A stretch of DNA of 64,000 nt from positions 157,728,001 through 157,792,000 of the forward strand of contig OZ024740.1 of the NCBI GenBank assembly GCA_964016885.1, read 5' to 3'. This document shows positions 44,680-56,795 of this stretch, piece by piece; positions within the stretch are counted from its first letter, which is position 1; the number at the start of each line of letters is the position of its first letter. Source of the DNA: Eledone cirrhosa (Eukaryota). Under the pieces are notes generated by a model, which saw only the letters and a list, made by a program, of their open reading frames with translations, did no database searches and was not told the origin of the DNA. The translations under genes and the position numbers were made by a program.

Positions 44680-44988
44680 TAATATAGATCAGTTTTATAA
44701 ACAAATATTGACATACCCTTAAAGAATGCGACCATGTCGGTTGGAAGCTCCCGGATAGCGGGGTTACTAATTTTATTATTGGTCTATTATGCAAATTAGT
44801 GTCGGAGAGGTTTAAAACCCAGTACATTTAAATTAAACCGTTGGAATAGGGAAAAAAGAAAAAGAAAAAGAAAAAGAAAAAGAAAAAGAAAGACCAATAA
44901 TAAGATTAGTAACCCCACTATCCGGGAGCTTCCAACCGACATGGTCGCATTCTTTAAGGGTATTTGTTTATAAAACTGATCTATATTA

Positions 44989-45053
44989 TATTTTATCTGA
45001 TGAAAGCGCACCATAATTTGCTTTGGTGTCCTTGAAATATGTATAATGAAATA
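44989..45053 (+). ncRNA. Type I hammerhead ribozyme, intact
   Basis: Same sequence as 33476-33540; predicted cleavage 45045/45046. Confidence 0.8.
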
Positions 45054-45215
45054 AATATGGTTTTATAAATATAGTTTCCATTTGTTAATATATCGTATTT
45101 TTACTCCAATAATTTGTTGAGTGCTTTATATCAGTTATAAAAATATTTGCTTGTTGTATCCCAACAATTTAAATAGAACTTCTACATATATATATATATA
45201 TATATATACATGCAT

Positions 45216-45258
<43 letters not shown>

Positions 45259-45281
45259 CACATGCATACACACACACACAT

Positions 45282-45360
<79 letters not shown>

Positions 45361-45399
45361 CATGCATACACACACACACATCCACACACACACACACAT

Positions 45400-45450
<51 letters not shown>

Positions 45451-45949
45451 GAGAGGAAGACTGGAACATGAATACATACAAATAAATATACTTAAATAAA
45501 TACATACATATCATAGGGGCTGTTGATATCTTGCAGTGCTCAGTTTAAATATATATTGACATAAAATGTGAGCAAATATAATAAAGAAAGAATGCAAGTA
45601 TTGAACAGTAACCAGATTACCAGAGTAACAATATTAACACGCAATTATAGCGATAATATTGTGAATATATGAAGCAATAATAGGAATAATATCGTAAACT
45701 GTTGAAGACTATTGACATCCATTGTCAGTCTGACGGTCACTCAATCAATAGATATATTTACACATGAGGCACTGGTTTTACTTACAAATCATTAAACCAC
45801 TAAGTTTGCAAATCAACACATTAATCTGATTTGCCTTGAGGAGTTTGTAAAATGTAAAATACAAGTATATATACTGAGTGTCCTCACAAAAGATATATAC
45901 ACACTGTTATTAGAATGCTGTTGAAGTGTGTTATTATACGTTGGGACAC

Positions 45950-45994
<45 letters not shown>

Positions 45995-46047
45995 GGTGAT
46001 GAATTTGTTTTGCGAGGTTTTTGATGTGAAATCGTGTGTTGAAACAA

Positions 46048-46153
46048 ATATTGTTATACTTGGAGAGGGGCATATTGTTGTAAAAATATACTGCCAGAAT
46101 TTGTTCTGGCAATATTATTACAACAATATGACCCTCCCCGAGTATAACAATAT
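46048..46153. repeat. Imperfect palindrome flanked by (TA)n
   Basis: ATATTGTTATACT.GG.GAGGG..ATATTGTTGTAA..TGCCAGAA-ttg-TTCTGGCA..TTACAACAATAT..AGTATAACAATAT. Confidence 0.8.
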
Positions 46154-46277
46154 ATATATATACAAATATATATATATTTATATATTTAAATATATATATA
46201 TATAAATATATATTTAAATATATATATATATTGTTATACTTGTTTCCATTTATTAATATATTGTATATATATATATA

Positions 46278-46498
46278 GTGAAGGCGTGTGTCTGAGTGGT
46301 TAGAGAATTGGATTCGCAATCGTAAGGTTGTGAGTTCGATTCCTGGACCAGGCGATGCGTTATATCCTTGAACAAGACACTTTATTTCCCGTTGCTCCTT
46401 CTACCTGGAGTTGCGACCGATAGATAGTATTAGCAATCGGAAAGACCAACGGAAACATTGTTCCCTCGGTCCGATTTGACGAAAGTCGATCGTTCCTT
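46278..46498 (+). mobile_element. CORE-like SINE, full length
   Basis: tRNA-like head, B-box GAGTTCGATTCC, core TCCTTGAACAAGACACTT, and the same tail as the 17385 copy. Confidence 0.8.
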
Positions 46499-46609
46499 AA
46501 GATATATATATATATATTTATGTAAGTATGTTTTGAAACAGTGAGCGAGTTTGAAATTAGAAATATAAGCTTTCACCGTATTTTGGGGAAATGGGAAAAG
46601 ATGAGTATT

Positions 46610-46679
46610 GACGTACAAGGGAGTCGAACCCACATCATTGGTTATCTAGACCACACTGCTACCATTACACCAACACATC
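46610..46679 (-). other. tRNA-like Pol III cassette (pseudo-tRNA)
   Basis: GAUGUGU/GUACGUC acceptor stem, A-box TGGTGTAATGG, anticodon loop CUAGAUA, B-box GGTTCGACTCC, and TTTT about 10 nt downstream. Confidence 0.6.
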
Positions 46680-46796
46680 ACCCATCTCTTTTCATTCAAA
46701 TTAGAAGCTACCTTCTTAGCAATATATATTTATATATTTATATGCATATATATATATATAAATATTTATATATGTATTTATATATATATATGTATA

Positions 46797-46834
<38 letters not shown>

Positions 46835-47265
46835 AGTGAGTGTGTGTGTATTTATATATATATATTTAGATTATTTATATATATATATATATAAATATAT
46901 AAACACACATACACACACACACATATATATATATATACGTGTGTGTGTGTGTATATATATATGTGTGTATATATATATGTGTGTGTGTATATATATATAT
47001 GTATTTATATATATATATATATATATATTTACATATATATATGTATATATTATATAAGTATGTATACGTACATACATATATGTATACAGACGTACAGTAG
47101 TATGTATATATATACATACATGCACACATATATATATATATATGTACGTATGGATTCACCGAACATTTGTTATAATGCTCGGTGTGTTTGTAAACAAACA
47201 TCCTGAATTAAGCCGTACAGTGTTTAGCAACCATCGTTGCCCTTTTGTTCAACACTAACAAAGGA

Positions 47266-47308
47266 ACGATGTACTAGTTTCAAGCTCATTAGCTATCGTC
47301 AGCACCGT
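47266..47308 (-). ncRNA. Minimal type I hammerhead, intact
   Basis: ACGGUG-CUGACGA-U-AGCU-AAUG-AGCU-U-GAAAC-UA-GUA-CAUCGU. Confidence 0.8.
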
Positions 47309-47456
47309 ATACCTTCCTGCCAGATGATTGAACGTCTGAAAGTATATACTTTCCTTATGCATATTAACGGCTGAGCAGCCTAATCTGCATATGGAGTGAG
47401 TTAATCGGCCGGGCACACCGAAAACGATAAACGGAAAAAATCTGGCAGGAAGGTAT

Positions 47457-47499
47457 ACGGTGCTGACGAGAGCTAATAAACTTGAAACTAGTACATCGT
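47457..47499 (+). ncRNA. Minimal type I hammerhead, intact core, weakened helix II
   Basis: ACGGUG-CUGACGA-GAG..CUU-GAAAC-UA-GUA-CAUCGU. Predicted cleavage 47493/47494. Confidence 0.75.
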
Positions 47500-48558
47500 T
47501 CCTTTGTCAGTGTTGAACAAAAGGGCAACGATGGTTGCTAAACACTGTACGGCTTAATTCGGGATGTTTGTTTACAAACTCACCGAGCATTATAACAAAT
47601 GTTCGGTGAATCCATACGTACATGTATATATGTGTGCATGTATGTATATATATACATACTACTGTACGTCTGTATACATATATGAATGCACGTATACATA
47701 CTTATATTTAAGTAACAGCCGTACTAAGAGTGAGAAATGAAATTTCGTTTAATTTTTTCCGTTTATGTATATATTTATATATTTATATATATGTATAGTA
47801 ATAATAATAAATGTGAAGACTAAAATCCAAAGAGGGCTCGATAAGGATAAATATATATCAAATATATAAAACCCTAGAGCAAATATTTATTAAAATAACA
47901 GATTAAAGTTTAAGCAAAGAATCGCTGCTTTCACCCTTTACGGGATCTTCTGAAACTAAAAAAATCAATCTGTGAACGGAGAAGTAAATATTTCGAAAAA
48001 CGTTGCAGCCGAAGAGAAACAGGAAGACGATACTTTGGTTCGTGGAAATGTTCCCTGGCAATGAACGGAAAAAAAGCGAAGATAATACTTAATTATGTGG
48101 AGCGTTAAGAACAATTACACGCAAAGACAAAACAACGTTTATGGTATAAAGAAAGTCGTAGACTAAAATTCTATTTAGGAAACCGAATGATTCTCGGCTT
48201 CAGAATTAAGAATAATTATTTCTACTTTTGGCAAAAGGCCAGCAATCATCCCAGTGTATTACTGGTACATTATTATATCGACCCCGTAAGGATGAAAGGC
48301 AAATTTAACCTCGGCGGGATTTGAACTCAGACCATAACGAGTCGTAACTCTTTGCTGCAAAGCATAGCGTCCGACCCTCTACCGATACTGCCAATCCACC
48401 GCCCTAAGAATAAAGTAAATAAATTACAGAGGTTATTGAAATCAACAATAATTAAATATATACATGCACGCATCCATATACGTACAACACATGCATACGC
48501 GAAAACACCCGCCATGAGTATGCATATGTATATAAATTTATATATTTATATATATATA

Positions 48559-48630
<72 letters not shown>

Positions 48631-48639
48631 ATATATTTA

Positions 48640-49540
48640 CTCTTTTACTCTTTTACCTGTTCCAGCCATCCAGCTGAGGCCATGCTGGGGCACCGTCCTT
48701 GTTGCTACACGTTTTATCTCCAGCCTGTATTGGTTGGCCAATGGTGCAAGAGGGAGTTCGTTGCTGCTGCCCTTAGGTTTCCCTCCTGCCTTGCTGTGGG
48801 CTCATCCGGGATCCTGGATAGCAAGGTGTCGAGATGTTTCTTGAAAACATCCACGTCCACACCATGCAGATCTCTCAGATCCCTCGGCTGCTTGTTGAAG
48901 AGTTGAGGGCCTTTGAACCCCAGGCTGTTGCAATATATGCTCCTTATTCTAGATGTGGAAGACAGTGACGTCCTGTTCGGGGTTGGTCCAGCTCCCAATG
49001 CGAAAGTTTGGTGCTAGTCTCTCCAGGATTTTGCATTTGTATATCACTCCTTATCTCTCCCGTCTTCGTTCCAAGGAGTAGAGGTTCAGTTCTTTTAGCC
49101 TCTCCCAATAGCTTCTCTCTTTCATCGTCGCAATCCTCTTGGTGTAGCTTCGCTGGATTGCCTCAAGCTCTGTGCTTAGTTTGACACTATGAGGAGACCA
49201 CAACTGGGAGCAATAGTGCAGGTGGCTTAGGACAAATGTCCTCCATAGTGTCAACATGGTTTCTCGGTCTCTTGTCCGGAAAGTCCTCAAGATCCAGCCA
49301 GCGAGACGTCTGCACATTGTCGCCACTTTCATGATGTGTGAGGGAAAAGATGCACCGTCGCTCATGTCTATTCCCAGGTCTCGTATCGATTTCGACACGT
49401 GAATTTCGGAAATGTTGTACTATATTTGTGTTTGCGGGTTTGTATTGTAGGACTTGAAATTTTCCAGCATTAAACCGCATGTTGTTGTCTTTAGCCCATT
49501 TGTATATAGCATCCAGATCTTGTTGTAAAAGGGCAGCATC

Positions 49541-49542
<2 letters not shown>
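48640..49542 (-). mobile_element. CR1-group LINE 3' fragment
   Basis: NMRFNAGKFQVL, IRDLGI, WILRTFRTRD, LHYCSQLWSPH, LEAIQRSYTK, YWERLKELNLYSLERRRER. Confidence 0.85.
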
Positions 49543-49593
<51 letters not shown>

Positions 49594-49607
49594 ATGAAAA
49601 TGTTCAA

Positions 49608-49702
49608 GACCCTGACAGCAGAGCTCAAGCCGTTTCGACGGCTATTTCTGGACTAAATTAGATTTTTAGCGTGGTAATAAATAGCCGAACTTTTTAAGGG
49701 GC
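49608..49702 (-). ncRNA. Decayed hammerhead (core eroded, helices retained)
   Basis: GCCCCU-UAAAAAG-UU-CGGCUAUUU...AAAUAGCCG-UC-GAAAC-GGC..GCU-GUC-AGGGUC. Confidence 0.5.
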
Positions 49703-50622
49703 AATTCCTTATATGGGAAGATTGTAGTTGTCAAAAGGATTGGTCAAAATTTCTTGTAAACACAATCAAATATTTCATGGTGATGGGTGGGAGGTGGGGT
49801 GGCTGACTTGCCTGTAGAACAATGAGGGAGTGGGTGGAGCCGGTCAAGCGTTGAAAGTGAATGGTTTTTCTCTATCAACGTATTGTGTACCTAATTTAAC
49901 TGTGGGCTTTTTTTCAACAATCTTTGGAAAACCATCTTTAATGTTATATACATATATACACCCATGATAATACACACTTACACACAATCGTAGACACTCA
50001 CATACATAGAAACTATAGAAAATTCCCCACACACACTCCACAGAGTCAACGGTCATCCACCCCAAATATGGGTTAAATAGCCTCACCAACCTGCTTGGCC
50101 AAGCGTGGGGAGTACGGTTACACCCCCTAGAGAGGTTAAATTCCATGACAGTAACGCATGCGATACTCATAACTGTTGTGTTATCTTGCCTTGACTTGTC
50201 ACTGGACACATAGCTGCGGGGATGGATTGGGTGCTATGTGTGCAGCACAATCACGTAGCGTTGCCATTTTATGTTCAGATATTTCTTCACAAGTCCCACA
50301 GTGGTGGAGGAGTGGCAACATGTGCAGACTCGACCAGTTAGAAGCAGATAGTCACAAATCTACACATGCGCGGCTCAAGTCTTATCCTAATGTCGCTGCA
50401 CTGTTAACCTGAACAGCAACATGTTTCGGTGGAGTCTTGAGTGTCTGAGCAGCCCTTTTTAGGGACGCACTGCCCACCCACCCCACATGGGAGGGATCTA
50501 GCAAAGGTGACAGATACGAGGCGTGTTTAGTCATGAAACTGACCAGCAACCTGCAGTTGGCGGTAGTTCATAACAGCAGGGAATTCGTTGAAGAGACAGT
50601 CGTCTTCTGTAGAGAAATGGCA

Positions 50623-50656
<34 letters not shown>

Positions 50657-51359
50657 CCAAAATTAAATTAAGTGTGTCATGTCCGATATATATATGTTGA
50701 TATATATATATAGCTCAAGGTTCAGTATTGTTTCTCAAATATTGACGTAGATTTAATCATTGGGACTCGATATGATTTCTAACTTCACTTATGACTATAA
50801 TTCAACAGCTGGAATCCATGTTTGTCAACATGGATGGACAAGCAAAATATGAAGTAATATTGCAAAAGATTAGCTTTGGAGGCGTCATTTTGCTTCTACA
50901 TCATAAATTCCTTTTTTCAGCAAAGCTATTTCTATTGAAATAAGGAAACGTTATCGTAAGAGCATGCTAAGAAATTCTATTTGTTGTTGTTCGTCTTACG
51001 TAGCTATGATTTGCGATCTCGTTTAAGTTAACCTTTAGCTTTTTCTTTCAACTCTTTCCTTATTGCTTTATGTTACATATCCTGTTAAGCGGTTCTTAAT
51101 ATAACAAATATTTATGAATGAATTCTATAATCTTTTATGAAGAAGAGATGAGCAACCCCCAAAAATCAGTCTAAACCATTTTGGTTTCTACAGCTTGTAA
51201 TTCTAACTCTAGGGGCGAATTGACAGTTATTATAACATCGAATATATTTGCGGTATTCGTTCCGGCTCTCTGCACTTTGCGTTCAAAATCTGTCGAGACC
51301 AACTTGCCTTTTGCCTTTTCGAGATCTATATAAAATTTACAAGTCCAGAACTGGAGTCG

Positions 51360-51471
<112 letters not shown>

Positions 51472-53673
51472 TTATTCTTTTGAAGAAATCGAATGTGTTT
51501 AGACCTGGAAAGGGGAAGGGATCTGCCAGGTTTAAAATGCCTGACAGACGCAGTATATTATGACAATGCTTCTATGATTCCACCAGGAGTTGCGGGTGCA
51601 TACAATCACTGAAAGCTCAGATATCTCGGTTGTACAATAGTGACGAGATGACCACTGCATAATACGTTTTCAGTTTAGTGTACTAATGTATTCTACAAAA
51701 CGTTTCTAGAGGCTGTTTCCAAGTACTTAGTTAGTGTTTTTATACTTTGTACCATCTGTTTATTAAGTGAGCTCACGCTATCAAAATAATTAGTTCTCAA
51801 TAATGTATAATCTTAAATTAAGGACTACCTATAAGTACTGCTATGACGAAGCAGAGTTTGGCACAGGTTTCAGAAGGACCATTATTTCATAAGGATTAAA
51901 CATAAGCACGAATGCTTTTAATATGCCTGGAGACTCTATTAATATTTTGTAAGGAAAATGTTTAATGTTATGATATTTTAAAGTTGGCATCTTGCTTTAA
52001 ATAAATATTCTTCAAACGCTATCTGATGATTGTCAAATCTAGGGTCATAATTTTACTTCCAAGATATCTTAGCTATACCCATGCAAACTATGTTCATTTT
52101 TATTTTATTCGATGTTCTATATCATAGTATTTGAAGCAAGTTGACAAATATTTCTGCACTTTGTATTTATTCTCACTTAACTTGCAAATGCTCAGCTTTC
52201 TTTATTTGTTTGTAATATTACATCATTAACATGCTGCATTGAATCATAATTTATTCTATTAGATTTAACTATTTGAAGCCCAATTTTTTTTAAACGCAGT
52301 ATTTCATTAATAAAAATAAGCCATTTCATTGCTGTCATTAATAAAAAGCCAATTGCTGAAACCTAAACAAATAGCTGTAACTCGTTAATCCTCAACATAT
52401 ATTTGCATTCATAACTATTCTATGGCGTCATGTTATGCGTCATATTGTGCGTCATCTTGTACAAACATGCAAATTATCGTTCAGCCAGCAGTGGCAATTC
52501 ATCTAATGATTGTATCAGTGATGACAGAAATGACAGAAAAGTTCGTAACTATTCTAGCGTTGTTGACAGCATTAGCAGTAATGTCGGCAACGATTCGTAT
52601 CAGAGATGACAGCAGGCGCCCAGTATTCTCAAGATATGATGATAAATGTCAAATATCATTTGGTTACTCGAGGCTCATATGTTCAGTTTAGTTAATGTTC
52701 TTTTTAAGAGTTAAGGTTCTGATAGGTTGTTTAATGTTCTAATTATAATGATAAACGGTTTCTTTGAATTTCTTCACTGTAGTGGAGGTGATTTTAATAT
52801 TCACAAAATTACAAAAGCAAAGTCAATAATGTTGATTATCCTTAAAAAGACACCAATTTCGCGAGATTGACAAATCTTCGAAACACGTTATTTTCATAAG
52901 TATATTTTTACTCGATATATTTTTGTCACATATACATGTAATCTAAACTACACAGATAACTAGTTACGAAAACATAACTACTGTTAACAGTGTGGAAAAC
53001 TCATTGAGAAGCTATAGAAACATATATTGAATAGAAAAATATTCACGATGAAATCCTTAGGGAAACATTCACAAAATATAGATATAAACAACAATATTGT
53101 GAACTTTCAATGTATCTATTCATCTAAAGGCAAATAATATTATCAGAGAATTCCTATTACGACTTAGATCAAAGTCTAGACAAACAAACAAGATATTATC
53201 TTTGGTGACGAAATTATGCTTTAAAAAAATATCAGAAAACAACAGAATTATTTGCTCTGGTTCTGCGCTTTGAGTCCAAATACCATCGAAGTCAACTTTA
53301 CCCTCCATTGTTTCAGAGTTGATAGAAAAAGTATTAGTCGAGGGTAGAGGACTGGCAGAATTGATAGGGTGTTGCACAAGATGTATTGCGATCTCTGTTC
53401 TTAATACTTTGTCTGGTTTCATGACCACCTGGCGCTTGTATGTCTTTCGTAGAGTCCATTCTGCAATAATTCGGATCAGGTATGCTGTATGAGGGTAATT
53501 TTCTCCCCTATACCGACCTGTCATGAAACCCTGAAAAAAAAAATGGTCACTCTGTTAACTGTGCTTAATGAATATTCCACAAAAAACGTTTTAGAAACGG
53601 GTAAATAAGCAACCATCGTTTTGATCGTTCATAGCACGCCGTATAGACGCAAGGACAAATAGTAGTAGTAGTA

Positions 53674-53744
<71 letters not shown>

Positions 53745-53758
53745 GATAATAAAAGAAG

Positions 53759-53788
<30 letters not shown>

Positions 53789-53789
<1 letters not shown>

Positions 53790-55441
53790 TGCTGGGCAGG
53801 AGTATGGGGTCCTGGGAGACAGAGTTGACATCAACTGGAGTATCCTTGGGAAGCGTGAAGATCAAGAGAGGTATCTTCCAGGGAGATAGCCTGTCCCCTC
53901 TGTTGTTTGTCCTTGCCCTGATGCCCTTGACCATTATGCTGCGAAAAGTGAGAGCAGGATACAAGTTGGGAAGGGGAGAGCTTACCATCAATCACCTCCT
54001 CTTCATGGACGATCTTAAGCTCTTCGGGAAAAGTGAGAAGGAGTTGGATGTGCTTGTTGACACTGTCCGTATTTTCAGCAGTGATATATGTATGCAGTTT
54101 GGTATTGGTAAATGTGGAGTCATTGTGATGAGGAGGGGTAGGTTGAGCAGAAGTAACGGGATCCAGATACCAACAGGTGAGATGATAAAGGAAATTGACT
54201 CTGAGGAAGGATACAAGTATTTGGGCGTTCTGGAGGCTGATGGCATAAAGAACAAAAAAATGAAGGAATTGTTAAGAACTGAATACATTCGGAGAGTAAG
54301 GAGCGTATTGAAGTCACATCTGAACAGCAGAAATGCCATAAGCGCAGTAAATTCCCGAGCTGTGTCTATTATTAGGTACAGTGCGGGAATTCTGAGATGG
54401 AATGTTGCTGAACAAAAAGAAATGGATAGGAAGACTAGGAAGCTATTGACTATCTACAACATGTTCCACAAGAGGAGTGATGTCGATAGACTCTACCTAA
54501 GGAGATCTGAGGGTGGAAGAGGTCTTATCAGCATAGAGGACTGTGTTCAGATGGAGAAAAACAACCTATACAAATACGTGACCTATAGTAAGGAGCCAAT
54601 GCTCAGAGCTGTACTGAAGGAGGGGACAGTAGGCCAGGGGATACCCAAGGAGGAAATAACATCAAGGAGGAAGAGCAGCCTTAAGGGAAAATCCCTTCAT
54701 AGTACCTTCTTTGAGAAAACTGAATTTAGAGATCCACAGACATGGAACTGGTTGAGAAGAGGAGACCTCAAAAAGGCTACAGAAGGAATGCTAATGGCTG
54801 CGCAGGAGCAGGCCCTCAAAACGAAGTGGTTGAAGCACCATATCTACAAGGAGGAGGCTAGCCCACTGTGCAGGATCTGTGGAGAGAGAGAGGAGACTGT
54901 GGCTCACATTGTGTCCGAGTGTAAACACCTAGCCCAGACCCACTATAAGGGCTGGAGACACGATGTGATGGGCAGGGTGATCCACTGGCACCTGTGCAAA
55001 GTAAACAATCTACCACATTCTGAGAAATGGTATGAGCATAGGCCAGAGGCGGTGATGGAGAACAGTCAGGTGAAGGTGCTGTGGGATTTTAGGATACAGA
55101 CGGACAAAAAACTGGAACACAATAGACCTGACCTGGTGGTTGTGGACAAAGAAAAAAGATCGTGCCTGATTGTGGATGTGGCCTGCCCGTTCGACACGAG
55201 AGTGCAAGAGAAGGAGAGGGAGAAAATTAACCGATACCAGGACCTAAAGTGGGAGGTGAAAAGGATTTGGAACTGCCATGAAGTCAAAGTGATCCCGATT
55301 GTCATAGGCGCACTGGGGACTATCTCCAAAGGTTTCCAGGGATGGTTAAAGAAAATCGGCCCCTTCACGCTTTTTGGAACGCTTCAAAAGGCATGCTTGC
55401 TTGGAACGGCAAGAACCCTCCGATACGTCCTGAATATCTGA
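53789..55441 (+). CDS. Partial RT (domains 4-7) + CCHC knuckle + restriction-like endonuclease, 550 aa uninterrupted
   Basis: GIFQGDSLSPLLF, LLFMDDLKLF, YKYLGV, EGGRGL, CRICGEREETVAHIVSEC, RHD, NRPDLVVVD..IVDVACPFD..KINRYQDL. No native start codon. Confidence 0.9.
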
Positions 55442-55527
55442 GGCTGCAGGTAGTGGCTTGATATTCAATCCAACGGACTTTCCAGTTAACCAACATCAAT
55501 GACTGAGATTCAAGGAATAACAATGGC
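53789..55527 (+). mobile_element. R4/Dong-like non-LTR retrotransposon, 5'-truncated
   Basis: Open RT-zinc knuckle-RLE frame plus a short 3' UTR, flanked by a 62-bp direct repeat of a TAA/GAA microsatellite junction. Confidence 0.9.
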
Positions 55528-56006
55528 AATGATAATAATAATAATGATAATAAAAGAAGAAGAAGAAGAAGAAGAAGAAGAAGAAGAAGACCAACAACAA
55601 CAACAAAAATATTAAAAGACCTAGCTTTGTTTGTCATTTTGCTTTAATATGTTTGGCAGCTTCTATATTGATTCTGTTTATTCATATTTCGTTTACAAAA
55701 GATTAATCTTGATTAAATAACCATCTTGCTAATTATTCCATTTCATTATCTTCCATTTGTTCCTGTATTCTTTCATTCCTTCACTTTCTTTTCGTTTGTT
55801 TGTTTGTTTGTTGTTGTTTTGTTTTGTTTTTTGTGAATTCTTCAATCACTGCTTAATTTTTATACATTTTTTTGTTTTCACTCATATTTCCATGGTGTTG
55901 CTTTTTGTTTTCTTTTCTTTCGGTCCTATTATTTTTCCATTTAAAACAAAAAAAATGTTATTCTTTCTACCTTTTTTCTGTTTCCTTCTCATCTCTCTCT
56001 CTTTCC

Positions 56007-56100
<94 letters not shown>

Positions 56101-56335
56101 GCTTCTATCTTTTTTCTATCTCTGATTGTTTCTTTCTCACTTCTTTATATATTTCTCTCCCCTGGTATTTTTGTATTTTGTGCAACACACCTTTCTTTTT
56201 TTTCTAACACAGTCTGTCTATTTTTTCTTTCGTCTATATTATATAGTGTTTTATTCTCTGTCTTTATCCCGCTTATTCTCGTTCTTTCACTCGAATTTTA
56301 ATTCTCACAATTTTTCAGATGTCCCCTTGAGAATG

Positions 56336-56406
<71 letters not shown>

Positions 56407-56420
56407 TCTCTCTTTCTCTT

Positions 56421-56459
<39 letters not shown>

Positions 56460-56795
56460 CTTGTTATTTATTAATGTTAAAGTTATACGATTTTTATGTA
56501 AAACCCCCGCCGTCAAGTCTTGTAATGTCCCATTTCTTGTACGCACTTGTGGCAAATAAAGAACGATATCTATCTATCTATCTCGCATAGTATAGACGCG
56601 TACAACATCGGCTCCTGCCTTTTTGAATTTTTACCTATTGACAGTAAGTGTTTTTTTCTTTATTGTGTTGTCTTCGTGTCTTTTGACCACCCGGCTAGGT
56701 CTGTAGACGGGTGGTCATCGTATTTTTACCCCTTTTGGGGGTAAATACTACTCCTAAAAATTTTTTGCTGACTCACATGGTAAAAAATTGACGCC

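Larger units (their letters stand above)
47052..47707. mobile_element. Long foldback element with two minimal hammerheads
   Basis: Arms of about 270 bp at 47052-47325 and 47440-47707. Confidence 0.9.

Noticed and set aside
44786-44890. Possible Penelope GIY-YIG C-terminal remnant (YSNGL) in the foldback spacer
   Set aside because: Too short to distinguish from chance.
50410-50455. Minus-strand CUCAAGA..GAAACAUGUU
   Set aside because: G5 is missing and helices I and II do not pair.
52422-52691. 89-aa ORF with a hydrophobic stretch and three GCGTCAT motifs
   Set aside because: No recognisable domain or splice context; insufficient evidence for a gene or promoter.
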